Below are positions 6,231 to 15,507 of a DNA stretch of 20,000 nucleotides, piece by piece; the stretch's first letter is position 1, and every line of letters starts with the position of its first letter. Made by a program: the position numbers and the translations under genes. This stretch comes from an uncultured virus (IMG/VR IMGVR_UViG_3300028559_000027) (Duplodnaviria > Heunggongvirae > Uroviricota > Caudoviricetes): the IMG/VR virus record IMGVR_UViG_3300028559_000027, one strand, 5' to 3'. Below the pieces are notes generated by a model that had not been told where the DNA came from, did no database searches, and worked only from the letters and a program-made list of their open reading frames with translations.

Positions 6231-9200
6231 TCAATTGTATTTAGTATTAAAATACTCTTGTAACCAAGGCCAATCATAACTTAAACGTAATTTGTCTAAC
6301 TCACCGTTGACTGATTCATAGTATTCTACAGCATGTTGAGCACCTTCGCAACTATATTGGGCAAAGTCTCCTTCACCGATATTTAACCATGCTTCAAGTC
6401 TATCTTTACTTGCTTGGCTATCATCGGCTCTTAACTTCAATGCTTCTCTAAAACTAGTACGCCATGTACTCCAAGCATCAGTATTATATATTGCTACACC
6501 ACTATTTAACTCTACAACTTCGTGTTCATTGTCAAGTGTGAAGTCAAGCCCCGTTCCACTGTTAGCAAGTGTAATCTTCTTATTATAAGCAATCATAGCT
6601 TGGTGACCATACTCTAATCCATTAACAGGGTTTGTAGCGTGAAAGATATAATGCTTAGGTACTTGTAGCCTATCAGGTTGCCATGAGAAATCAAATTTAT
6701 TGTTGACTTTTAATTTAGCAAATACAGTAAACATCCACGGTGTTTCACTTGCTTTCGCTGCCGCATGATACGCCTGTACACGACCGTTAACACCATCAAC
6801 TCTAACAACTCTATTATTTAATCCCTTAGTCACTTTTAGTAAGTGTTCGTAGTTCTCGTCAGCACCGGTTTCACCGTTACTTAGGAAGACTATATCCAGC
6901 GGTTGAGATTTAGCTAGAGACTTACTACGACTGATGTATGGATAATCATACAACTCATTCTCTATATAATCTTTTGCTTCTTTAGGAACAATTATTCGTG
7001 TTGCACCTGTACTCGTAATCAGTATGTTCTTAGTGTCCGGTGTCCACAAACTAATAGGTTCACTATCAAGTACATCTAATCCTTTGTTATCTTCCGTGAC
7101 AAACGTAGCATAAGGCCAATCAAAATCAGTATGAATATTAGTGACATGTGTATCTTCTTTCGTAATAATAATAGGGGCGGGTAAGCGTTTTACTCTTTGA
7201 TGTTGATTGTAGTTGACCTTTTCATAGTCTTCCATCATAATCATGTCATCAATCAATGACTTAAATTTGTTTACATCAATTAAAAATGTGTCTCCAAATT
7301 TCTGTTTATCGCTAGGAAACACATGTAATTGCTCCCTAGCATATGGATCGCATATATAACTAAAATCAAAATTTTCATAGTCACATATACTTGAACATAT
7401 CCAAAGATAGTGTTCTTTTCTAGTGTCTAATTTCTTTAATATCTCTTTGAATGTTTTTAGGTAGCTATGCTTATAGTCAACCGTAATTGTAGATTTATTA
7501 CCAATCTTAGATTTGATAACTTCATTTACATTTGACTTGTTTCCATGATTAATTAATATCACATCATACAATGAGCCTTCTGCTTTGGCTCTCTTATCTT
7601 TAACAAAATTAAGCATACTTAAATGTTCTATGATTTTAACATATTTGGTATCTTCGTTAAATGTGTTCTTGTTTACAAGGTATGTATTACCCCAATGAGT
7701 CCACTGACTACCAAACACATGAATCATTCGTTTTTGCCACGGGTTAGGGTTATAGTCAAAGTTAAACTCAGTATAGTCTAATTCACTAGACAATACCCAA
7801 AATAGTTCAGTTGTGCTTTTTGACGTACAGCGTGAAATAGTTTCCACCCATGAATTTAAATATCTAGTTTTCTGAATAGATGGAAATTGTAATTTTAATT
7901 TTTCAAATCTATAACTGCTTTCACTGTTGCCCTTATCAACAAAGAACATATCACGGTGAATTATCTTTTGAATAACTTCATCGGTTATTTCTACAACAAC
8001 GTTTTCTCTTATAGATTCATCATAATCTAATGTGATTGTTGACTTAAAGTCTGGTACAATATAAACAGGTCCGTCTGTTCCCCATTCATATCGTGCAGGA
8101 TCTTTGTTAGGATTAGGTCTCCATGAAAAATCAAATGCTTTCAAGTCTAATTCATTACGAACTAACCAGTTAGTCATATTCACTTTGGGAGTAGCAATGA
8201 TAGAGTCTAAGAATTTGTATTCAGTTGCACCTTCAACACGATACATCACAGTAGGTTCTGTCTCAGCATCATTCCACTTGTTACCAAACACATAAATGAA
8301 GGGTGGCTCTAATGGGTCGGGTCTCCAACTAAAATCAAACTTAGAAATAGACAACAGTATTTCCCACTGAGGTTCTTTCTCAGTAGATTTTACCATAGCA
8401 ACATTATCTTCTATATACTTGTATTCAGTTGCCCCTGGCACAATATAAGATACTGTGGGTTCGATGAAGCAGTTGTTCCATTGATTGCCCCATACGTATA
8501 TGTACGGTGGGCTATCAGGGTGTGGTCTCCAGCTATAGTCAAAACTATCTACTGGTATTAATGTTTCCCAGTTTTCTACAGTAGGTGCAACATTAGCAGA
8601 CACATCATTAATATATTTCTTTTGTGTTGCGCCAGGTACAGTATAGATAACAGTAGGTTCAGTAACAGCATCGAACCATTGATTACCAAACACATAAATG
8701 AATGGTTCTTCTGTAGTATCAGGGTGCCAACTATAATCAAAATCTTTTACAGGAATTAATGTTTCCCAGTTATCTTTGTTTGATAATGCTTTTGCCTTTG
8801 TCACATTAACATATTGTATGTCGCTATCTTCTGTACATCCTACTGCATAGAATCTAGGTCCACCTGTTCGTTGCCATTGAGTACCAAATTGATATATCAA
8901 CGGTGCATGGTCTATATCAGGATGCCAACTAAAATCAAAATCAGTTGTATCAATTCCTTCAGGTATTGTCCAATGCATCTTATCTTGTTTAGCTGTTGCT
9001 ATCTGTGCATCGATATATTTTATCTCTGTTGCGCCCGGGGCAACATACCTAGGTCCTCCGGTGCGTGTCCATTGGTCGGGAAATTGATAGATGAATGGTT
9101 CTTCCGTCGAATCAGGATGCCAACTAAAATCAAATTTAGATTGGTCTATATTTTTAGGTACTTGCCAATTTTCAAATTCTGTACAAACAACTTCTGCTTT

Positions 9201-10304
9201 TAATGTATCAATATATTTTATATCCGTTGCGCCTGGCACTACATATCTTGGTCCACCTGTTTTTTGCCATTGTGTTCCAAATTGATATATGAATGGAGGA
9301 TCATATTTTGATAAGTCTGGTTCCCAACTAAAATCAAATTTATTCTGGAACATGTTAGTAGGTATGATCCAGTTATCCATGCATGGATTACGCTTGACAC
9401 GTTCTTCCATGTACTTGTATTCTGTGGCACCTTCTACTTTACGTATGACACTAATTTTGAATTCAGGTTTATTCCATTGATTACCCCAAGCATAGATGTA
9501 TGGTGGCGCAGTTGGATCAGGTACCCATGTCATATCAAATGAAGTTGGATCTATATCTTCAAGTGCTTCAAAGTCTGCGGGTCTAGCTGCCAACTTAGGC
9601 GCAATATTCTCAATAAACTTACGTTCAGTTGCACCTTCTACATGGTACTCTATAGTTGGCATCACACTTGCTGGGTATTGACTGTTACCAAATACATAAA
9701 TGTAGGGAGGTGCAGTTGGATCCGGTCTCCACGTATAATCAAAATTTGCCGGCTCGTATATAATATTAAACAAACGAGGCATTGATAATAATGTAGCTAA
9801 GGTATCTGTTATGTATTTTTTATCCGTAGCACCCGGTACATGGTATTCAACCGTTGGCATGATAGTACCGGGATACCATTTATTGCCCCATACATAAATA
9901 TAGGGAGGGTCACTTGGATCTGGGTGCCATTTGAAATCAAATTTATCTTTTTCAATATATTCAATTATTTTCCAATTAGTTGTTACTTCTTCTTTGAGTG
10001 GGATAGGATCAACATCAGCACGATATATTGTTACCGCATCTGTGTTAGTTGAACAAAGCCAAGTTCCGCTGTCTTTCTGGTAAGGGCTTGGCCATACATT
10101 ATTGTGTTCTTCAGCCCATACATCTTCGTCAGGAAGGAAATCAAAGTCCCAATCCCAATCAAAATCTTTATAATTGCAGTGTTCGTTGATTACCCAAAAG
10201 TGTTCAGTAGTGCATTGATGTTTGGCATCAGATAAATCTGTTGCAAATCTTTCTCTGGGGTGAACGTTGGGTTTTTCTCCGAAATAAAATACATCTCTTA
10301 GCAT
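6231..10304 (-). CDS. 1357-aa repeat protein with glycosyltransferase (GT-A/GT2)-like domains
   Basis: About ten ~60-65-aa repeats FD(F/Y)SW.PD...P(Y/F)IY.(F/W)G.QW...Y.VPGAT..KY. Three C-terminal units begin DMFFV, YDVILI and LDIVFLS; the last has VDGVNGRVQAYHAAA, NPVNGLEYG and WRTSFRE. The GT assignment is by recalled resemblance. Confidence 0.7.
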   Translation of the reverse strand: MLRDVFYFGEKPNVHPRERFATDLSDAKHQCTTEHFWVINEHCNYKDFDWDWDFDFLPDEDVWAEEHNNVWPSPYQKDSGTWLCSTNTDAVTIYRADVDPIPLKEEVTTNWKIIEYIEKDKFDFKWHPDPSDPPYIYVWGNKWYPGTIMPTVEYHVPGATDKKYITDTLATLLSMPRLFNIIYEPANFDYTWRPDPTAPPYIYVFGNSQYPASVMPTIEYHVEGATERKFIENIAPKLAARPADFEALEDIDPTSFDMTWVPDPTAPPYIYAWGNQWNKPEFKISVIRKVEGATEYKYMEERVKRNPCMDNWIIPTNMFQNKFDFSWEPDLSKYDPPFIYQFGTQWQKTGGPRYVVPGATDIKYIDTLKAEVVCTEFENWQVPKNIDQSKFDFSWHPDSTEEPFIYQFPDQWTRTGGPRYVAPGATEIKYIDAQIATAKQDKMHWTIPEGIDTTDFDFSWHPDIDHAPLIYQFGTQWQRTGGPRFYAVGCTEDSDIQYVNVTKAKALSNKDNWETLIPVKDFDYSWHPDTTEEPFIYVFGNQWFDAVTEPTVIYTVPGATQKKYINDVSANVAPTVENWETLIPVDSFDYSWRPHPDSPPYIYVWGNQWNNCFIEPTVSYIVPGATEYKYIEDNVAMVKSTEKEPQWEILLSISKFDFSWRPDPLEPPFIYVFGNKWNDAETEPTVMYRVEGATEYKFLDSIIATPKVNMTNWLVRNELDLKAFDFSWRPNPNKDPARYEWGTDGPVYIVPDFKSTITLDYDESIRENVVVEITDEVIQKIIHRDMFFVDKGNSESSYRFEKLKLQFPSIQKTRYLNSWVETISRCTSKSTTELFWVLSSELDYTEFNFDYNPNPWQKRMIHVFGSQWTHWGNTYLVNKNTFNEDTKYVKIIEHLSMLNFVKDKRAKAEGSLYDVILINHGNKSNVNEVIKSKIGNKSTITVDYKHSYLKTFKEILKKLDTRKEHYLWICSSICDYENFDFSYICDPYAREQLHVFPSDKQKFGDTFLIDVNKFKSLIDDMIMMEDYEKVNYNQHQRVKRLPAPIIITKEDTHVTNIHTDFDWPYATFVTEDNKGLDVLDSEPISLWTPDTKNILITSTGATRIIVPKEAKDYIENELYDYPYISRSKSLAKSQPLDIVFLSNGETGADENYEHLLKVTKGLNNRVVRVDGVNGRVQAYHAAAKASETPWMFTVFAKLKVNNKFDFSWQPDRLQVPKHYIFHATNPVNGLEYGHQAMIAYNKKITLANSGTGLDFTLDNEHEVVELNSGVAIYNTDAWSTWRTSFREALKLRADDSQASKDRLEAWLNIGEGDFAQYSCEGAQHAVEYYESVNGELDKLRLSYDWPWLQEYFNTKYN
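6238..6245 (-). promoter_or_regulatory. Putative late-type promoter for tmRNA
   Basis: ACTAAATA lies in the last codons of the upstream gene, just before the inferred acceptor-piece 5' end. Confidence 0.45.
8050..9974 (-). repeat. Intragenic protein-level tandem repeat (9 full units plus 1 degenerate)
   Basis: Repeated FDFSWxPD / PxIYxFGxQW / GATxxKY units. Some DNA similarity remains, e.g. ccaactaaaatcaaa recurs on the plus strand. Confidence 0.9.
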
Positions 10305-10314
10305 AGATACTTAC

Positions 10315-11799
10315 TTATGATATAACTTTTACATTATATAGTTTTTCAAATCTATCTGCGTCTTCCCTATTATTAACCATTGGTTCGCCTCTGATGTTCA
10401 ATGATGTGTTTAATAACATAGGGCAACCTGTTAATATATACCATTTCTCTAACAGTTCTCTTATTCCAGTGCCATCCTTTGGCACAGTTTGTACACGACT
10501 AGTCCCGTCATGATGAACGATAGCAGGAAATAACTGAGGATGCCTGCAACGAGCGATGACTTGCATATACCTACTGTTACTGAAGCCACGAGGCATATCA
10601 AAGTACATATCAGCATACTCCTCCAGAATGACTGGAGCAAAGGGTCTAAACTTCTGTCTGCGTTTAATTTCATTTACTTTGTCCTTGATTTCATTTCCTC
10701 TTGGGTCTGCAAGTAAGCTTCTATTTCCCAAGGCCCTTGGCCCAAACTCTGCTCGTCCACTAGCGACTCCCACAATTTTGTCAGTAAGTAAACTATCAAG
10801 AATGCGATTAGTAGGATAAGGCCCACTAATATCATAACCGAGAAAAGCGTTAGTCCAGTTAACACGTTTACCATAACCAAGACAGGCCGCTCCAAGACTA
10901 GAACCAGCATCGCCAGGATTAGGAATAATCCAAATGTTGTCATAATATTCTCCTAATAATCTATTTGCCGAACAGTTTAATGCTACACCGCCACCATATA
11001 CTAAGTTTTTACTACCACCTAACATTTTTGCTTTTGATATGACTGATTTAATTAATATTTCTACTACATTTTGTGTTGAACTAGCAATATCCATTTCATT
11101 TTTATCAATTAAAAATTTATCAGGTATTCCTATGTGTAAATTTTCAGCGAAACGAATATCCTCTATGTCTGTAATTAATCCTGACATTATATCTGTGTGT
11201 TTAGGATTACCGTATGCAGCCATACCCATAAGAATATATTCTTCATCTAATGGACGTAAGCCTACGTGCTGTGTCATTGCTGAATAGAATAACCCAATAC
11301 TATGTGGATACTTTTGTCCCCATAGTTTTTTGTATTGTGCTACACCGTTCTTATCATACCGTGCATTGTAAATACTAATAGTATCAAACTCACCGATAGC
11401 GTCAATGACAACTACAGTAGCATCATCGTAGGGACTTGTTTGAAAACCTGCGGCTGCATGACTTAAGTGATGGTTATGCGTATATACTTTACCGCCTTGC
11501 AATTTATCAATCAATTCTTGACCAATAATATTTTTAACAAACAAATTAGATAATGCAGGCTTTTCACCTGAACGAACTTGCCTTAGAAACTTCATCCAAG
11601 GACGTTCATAATAATGAATCTCAATATCACTTGATGTTGTATAAGATAGTGCATCTTTAACTATGTCATAGCATAAATCTTTTGTGTGCTTTTCTTTATT
11701 ATAACGTTCGCTATGTCCGGCAAACAGTATGTTGCCATTATCATCTATAACAGTTAGTGCGGCATCATGAAAGCCACTAGATATACCTACATAGTTCAT
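10315..11799 (-). CDS. O-carbamoyltransferase, NodU/CmcH/TobZ family
   Basis: HDAA, HHLSHAA, GGVALN, GDAG, GRAEFGPRALGNRSLLADP, FRPFAP, HHDGTSRVQTV and NTSLNIRGEP motifs. Confidence 0.93.
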   Translation of the reverse strand: MNYVGISSGFHDAALTVIDDNGNILFAGHSERYNKEKHTKDLCYDIVKDALSYTTSSDIEIHYYERPWMKFLRQVRSGEKPALSNLFVKNIIGQELIDKLQGGKVYTHNHHLSHAAAGFQTSPYDDATVVVIDAIGEFDTISIYNARYDKNGVAQYKKLWGQKYPHSIGLFYSAMTQHVGLRPLDEEYILMGMAAYGNPKHTDIMSGLITDIEDIRFAENLHIGIPDKFLIDKNEMDIASSTQNVVEILIKSVISKAKMLGGSKNLVYGGGVALNCSANRLLGEYYDNIWIIPNPGDAGSSLGAACLGYGKRVNWTNAFLGYDISGPYPTNRILDSLLTDKIVGVASGRAEFGPRALGNRSLLADPRGNEIKDKVNEIKRRQKFRPFAPVILEEYADMYFDMPRGFSNSRYMQVIARCRHPQLFPAIVHHDGTSRVQTVPKDGTGIRELLEKWYILTGCPMLLNTSLNIRGEPMVNNREDADRFEKLYNVKVIS

Positions 11800-12632
11800 T
11801 TTATAATATCTTTAATATTATTAAACCAATATTCCTGATGTTTTGGACCAGGGTGCATTTGATCCCTTGCTAAATCACCCACACATTCTGCTGGAGTGTG
11901 CCATTGTGGCAATTTAGTTCCATATTTTAAATTCATAATTTCTAAAAAATTAGCAGATTCTTCTTCCCAAGCACCAAAATATGTTTCTATGCCCCTGTTA
12001 TTGGCAACATATTCTGCTAAATATATTTCATTTTTTACAATTTTGTATAGTTCTTCATTGGGTAATGCTTTAAATAGAACATGCGTATCAATTCCATATG
12101 ACACACATAATTGTGATTCATGCCCTGGGATTGCTGATAAATTTTGAACTCTGTTGGATATTTCATTATGTTTTGCTATCTGCATTCTTGTAAATGTTGG
12201 TAATAAAAATATTGCCTTTTTAATTTTAATATGTTTAGAAACAATTAAAAATATGTCAATAATTGTTTTAGCAGATGCCCCCGCAACTCCAAAATTTGCA
12301 CAAGACATATTTAACTCTTTAGCTAGTAAATTATGCCATAACATTTCAGTAGGTAGACCCAATCCAAAGGTAAAACTGCAACCAAATACTGCTATATCAA
12401 CTTCGTTGGGAACTTCTTCCATTCTAAAACCCAAATAATTCATTTTGTAATCAAATGGTTGATGTTGCCACTTATCAGCATAATTTAGGTCATCCATACT
12501 AAAGAAGTCAAATATAGTCACTCCATCTTTTTTGATAGACTGTACTCTTATTTCATTGGCAGTAAAATACCTAACATCTAAAATGTCAGTGGAATCTAAT
12601 AAATTAAGTTGAGCAAAACTATCGAGAATCAT
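11796..12632 (-). CDS. SGNH/GDSL-fold protein (putative acyl esterase or transferase)
   Basis: Block I FGCSFTFG, block II NFGVAGAS, C-terminal DxxH (RDQMHPG). Confidence 0.7.
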   Translation of the reverse strand: MILDSFAQLNLLDSTDILDVRYFTANEIRVQSIKKDGVTIFDFFSMDDLNYADKWQHQPFDYKMNYLGFRMEEVPNEVDIAVFGCSFTFGLGLPTEMLWHNLLAKELNMSCANFGVAGASAKTIIDIFLIVSKHIKIKKAIFLLPTFTRMQIAKHNEISNRVQNLSAIPGHESQLCVSYGIDTHVLFKALPNEELYKIVKNEIYLAEYVANNRGIETYFGAWEEESANFLEIMNLKYGTKLPQWHTPAECVGDLARDQMHPGPKHQEYWFNNIKDIIK

Positions 12633-12733
12633 TTGTAAATAAACGGATCTCTTTTGCGTAATTCTTTAATACGCTTGCGATAGCGTATTTCTGCTCTAAT
12701 AGTATGATATAAATTTTTAATCCACTTGAACAT
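12629..12733 (-). CDS. 34-aa basic peptide ending RKRDPFIYK; not in ORF track
   Basis: MFKWIKNLYHTIRAEIRYRKRIKELRKRDPFIYK*; SD GAGGAG 7 nt upstream; ATGA overlap with the downstream SGNH gene. Confidence 0.8.
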   Translation of the reverse strand: MFKWIKNLYHTIRAEIRYRKRIKELRKRDPFIYK

Positions 12734-14024
12734 AATCTGGCTCCTCTTTGTTAATAGTATTTATTATGTCCACAATCTGTGGAAATATTGCTTTCCAGTC
12801 TCTATTCCTACGTTTGTCTATGTCAGCTAAGAAGTTAGCAAAATCATTAACTTCCTTCTTGTTTGCAGGAGTAGTTAATAGTTGTTGCTGTATACCCATT
12901 AAATGAGTTTGTAATTTTTCTCTTTCAATAGGATCGCTATAATTTTCTAATGCTTTAATTGGTGCATCAATAGAGTGTGCTAGATATTTTCCAAAGTTGT
13001 ATGGATTAAATGTTGAGGGTCTAACTACAGTATTCCAATTAATACCAACAGTAGGTTTAATTTTGCGCCATTCATTTGTTTTCTCTATCAATTGATGCAA
13101 TGTAGGTAATGTTAATGCAGTAAGCGTTGCATGTATTAATACACCTACACCCGGAGCATTTAACAACGTATTCATATTTTGTTCCCACTCTGTTAATATC
13201 AATCCATCACGTACATATTCAATTTCAGGACCCCAGCAATCAATACTACATACAAACTCCATGCTCTTTAATTTACCCTGGTCTATTAAGTTTTGCACAC
13301 GTTGAATCTTTGCTTTAAACTTTTCAGGATCATGTTTTAAATTACTAAATGAGCGATATACTAAATTTGGTCTAGGATGCTTGTCAAAGAAATCTAAACA
13401 TTGTTCAAATTCTTTTTGATACAGCGGTTCTCCACCTAATACTTGTAGGATTTGTACATGCTCACTGTTCTTTTCCATCCATTCCCAAAACTTTTCTTTG
13501 TATAATTCATACTTACTATCGGGACGCCATGTACTATAATCTTCGTTAAACTCGCTAGGTCCAAATTTACGAACCTCTTGTTCAATCTGACTACTAAAAC
13601 CCGGGGTACAGTACACACATGATTGATTACAAACGTTGTTGAAATAAACTTCAAGTAGTGTGGGGCTAACTTTTAATGGAATATTTTCAAACTCATATGC
13701 ACGTTGCACATATCCTTCAAACTCGGGCGGTAATAATTCGATAGATTCGTTAACAAATCCTGTTCTATCACTCTTACCACCAGTCTTTTCAATATCCCTG
13801 CAGTATTCACATCCGTTACCTGGCCATTCCCCGCTAGCCATTTTTTCTCTATCAGCAAGTTTACCATGATGGTTGTGAAAATCCATAAAGTTATCTTCAG
13901 TTAATCTCCAATGACGGCCTCGGTGACAGCTTGATGTAGTACCTCTACTTAAAAATAATGTACTCCACGACCATTTGTATAAGCAAGCGGCATCATTTTG
14001 TATAGGGAATGTTTTTTTTATCAT
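12717..14024 (-). CDS. Radical SAM protein with N-terminal twitch/SPASM-like domain
   Basis: N-terminal CLYKW...SSCH...CEYC, then CxxxCxxC (CNQSCVYC), GGEP and SID...EYVR.G motifs. Confidence 0.88.
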   Translation of the reverse strand: MIKKTFPIQNDAACLYKWSWSTLFLSRGTTSSCHRGRHWRLTEDNFMDFHNHHGKLADREKMASGEWPGNGCEYCRDIEKTGGKSDRTGFVNESIELLPPEFEGYVQRAYEFENIPLKVSPTLLEVYFNNVCNQSCVYCTPGFSSQIEQEVRKFGPSEFNEDYSTWRPDSKYELYKEKFWEWMEKNSEHVQILQVLGGEPLYQKEFEQCLDFFDKHPRPNLVYRSFSNLKHDPEKFKAKIQRVQNLIDQGKLKSMEFVCSIDCWGPEIEYVRDGLILTEWEQNMNTLLNAPGVGVLIHATLTALTLPTLHQLIEKTNEWRKIKPTVGINWNTVVRPSTFNPYNFGKYLAHSIDAPIKALENYSDPIEREKLQTHLMGIQQQLLTTPANKKEVNDFANFLADIDKRRNRDWKAIFPQIVDIINTINKEEPDYVQVD

Positions 14025-14029
14025 ACAGC

Positions 14030-14037
14030 TATTTATA
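14030..14037 (-). promoter_or_regulatory. T4-late-type promoter TATAAATA
   Basis: Exact TATAAATA followed by 5 nt (GCTGT) and ATG 14024, with no SD. Same geometry as at 5353. Confidence 0.6.
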
Positions 14038-14779
14038 GAAGGCGTTGCATCAGGGGGATTATTTCTTTTTCAAAATAAATTAAATGGCCCTTATCATTTA
14101 CATGATGATCGGGTGCGTAACAAGTTTTATTAATATCATAATCTTCACATCCAGAAAAATCATATTTAGAAATATGTGGTATTTGTAATTTACTAATACA
14201 TACAAGTTTTTGTAAAAATGTATTCGGGTAGGCTTGAATTGGAAGATTCCATATAAATTTTAAATTATGTATTGTTGCAAATCCATATGTTGCTAATAAT
14301 GAAGTTAATGAAAGATTATACCCAATATCATCGTTAAACAAATGTGTTATATACATTTTTTTAGCCATATTATATGGTATTTTATTTTCCATTTGAGAAT
14401 GATGGTCCCATCCCATTGCCCACGGTGTTGCAACCTCAGGCCTAGATCCTGAGGCAATTTCTATTCTATCAAAGAAAGTGCCATTATATATAATAATATC
14501 ATTTTCACTTAGTGGATGTTCATTATGGTATTCTATTAAATTACGAAATAGTCCTTGACTACAATTTGCAGGTTTTCCTAAATTTGTTACTTCTATATCA
14601 CTAAATTGATGTTGTAACAAAGATGCCCAGCAATGTGAGCTAGGAATATTTTTTTTAAAAGGAGTCTCGTTACCTATAAAAGTTTTAGTAGAATTGTCAT
14701 ATTGAAATTCTCGGTCTGAACAACCGTGACCAAAAGTATAACTATCTCCTAAAACAATCACTCTATTAATTGTATTCAT
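14033..14779 (-). CDS. SGNH/GDSL-fold protein
   Basis: LGDSYTFG, W..LL, NLGKP, and C-terminal APDHHVNDKGH. Confidence 0.7.
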   Translation of the reverse strand: MNTINRVIVLGDSYTFGHGCSDREFQYDNSTKTFIGNETPFKKNIPSSHCWASLLQHQFSDIEVTNLGKPANCSQGLFRNLIEYHNEHPLSENDIIIYNGTFFDRIEIASGSRPEVATPWAMGWDHHSQMENKIPYNMAKKMYITHLFNDDIGYNLSLTSLLATYGFATIHNLKFIWNLPIQAYPNTFLQKLVCISKLQIPHISKYDFSGCEDYDINKTCYAPDHHVNDKGHLIYFEKEIIPLMQRLL

Positions 14780-15507
14780 TCATATCTCTCAGTAATTTCT
14801 TTGTTATACTGAAATTCAGTGTGTTTATACAAATCAATAATATTTTTATCTTTACTAAGTAATGATTTAAATATAACCCCGGACAATATTGAATTGTTTT
14901 CTTTGGAAAGATGGCACCATCTATTATCTACATCACCCATTGTTGGTAATTCTTTTTTACTTACATTGAACAAATTATACAAACAATCTCCCTGTCTTGA
15001 CTCTAACGATATGGTAGTATTTTTATCTTTTCTATCATCAAATGTAAGTAAATTGACAAGTTTGATATTATTACCGTAACACATCATGTTTACGTCATTG
15101 AATATTTGTTGTTTTACCCAAACATCAAAAGGTATTGAAATATTGGGTATATGTCCGGTTAATATTCTAACCATTTCTAATTCTTGTTGCCTAGATAAAT
15201 TTTTATTCCTTCTTAATGCATACAATTCATCCGGTGTTGTTAAAAAACTCAAATCCTCAAGTCCCTCAGGCAAATGATGTATTCTATGCAATGATGAGTA
15301 GCAAAATATAATATGGTCAAACTGTTCTCGGTGAGCTAAAAATTGCTGAAAAGAGTACCAGGTAGAGGATCCTGTTTTTCCATACGTAACTACTTTATGT
15401 CCAGCGTTTTCCATATCTGCAATCCAAGATTCATCTTCCTTAAAGGGACTTTCTGGATTGTAGGGATTTCTATCTGCAAAACTATCTCCGAATATACCTA
15501 TTTTCAT
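14776..15507 (-). CDS. SGNH/GDSL-like protein
   Basis: KIGIFGDSF, SW, YGKTGSS, and C-terminal RWCHLSKENN. SD GAGGT upstream. Confidence 0.6.
   Translation of the reverse strand: MKIGIFGDSFADRNPYNPESPFKEDESWIADMENAGHKVVTYGKTGSSTWYSFQQFLAHREQFDHIIFCYSSLHRIHHLPEGLEDLSFLTTPDELYALRRNKNLSRQQELEMVRILTGHIPNISIPFDVWVKQQIFNDVNMMCYGNNIKLVNLLTFDDRKDKNTTISLESRQGDCLYNLFNVSKKELPTMGDVDNRWCHLSKENNSILSGVIFKSLLSKDKNIIDLYKHTEFQYNKEITERYE

Noticed and set aside
5934..6245. Host chromosomal ssrA used as a prophage attachment site
   Set aside because: No integrase, smpB or duplicated tmRNA end is visible, and both flanks share phage-style genes and promoters. Sequence outside the window cannot be assessed.
8050..9974. 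Repeats as a CRISPR array or DGR template/variable repeats
   Set aside because: The repeats are in-frame protein repeats diverged at the DNA level. There is no identical repeat-spacer pattern, no adenine-specific variant pair was seen, and the window has no reverse transcriptase or cas gene.
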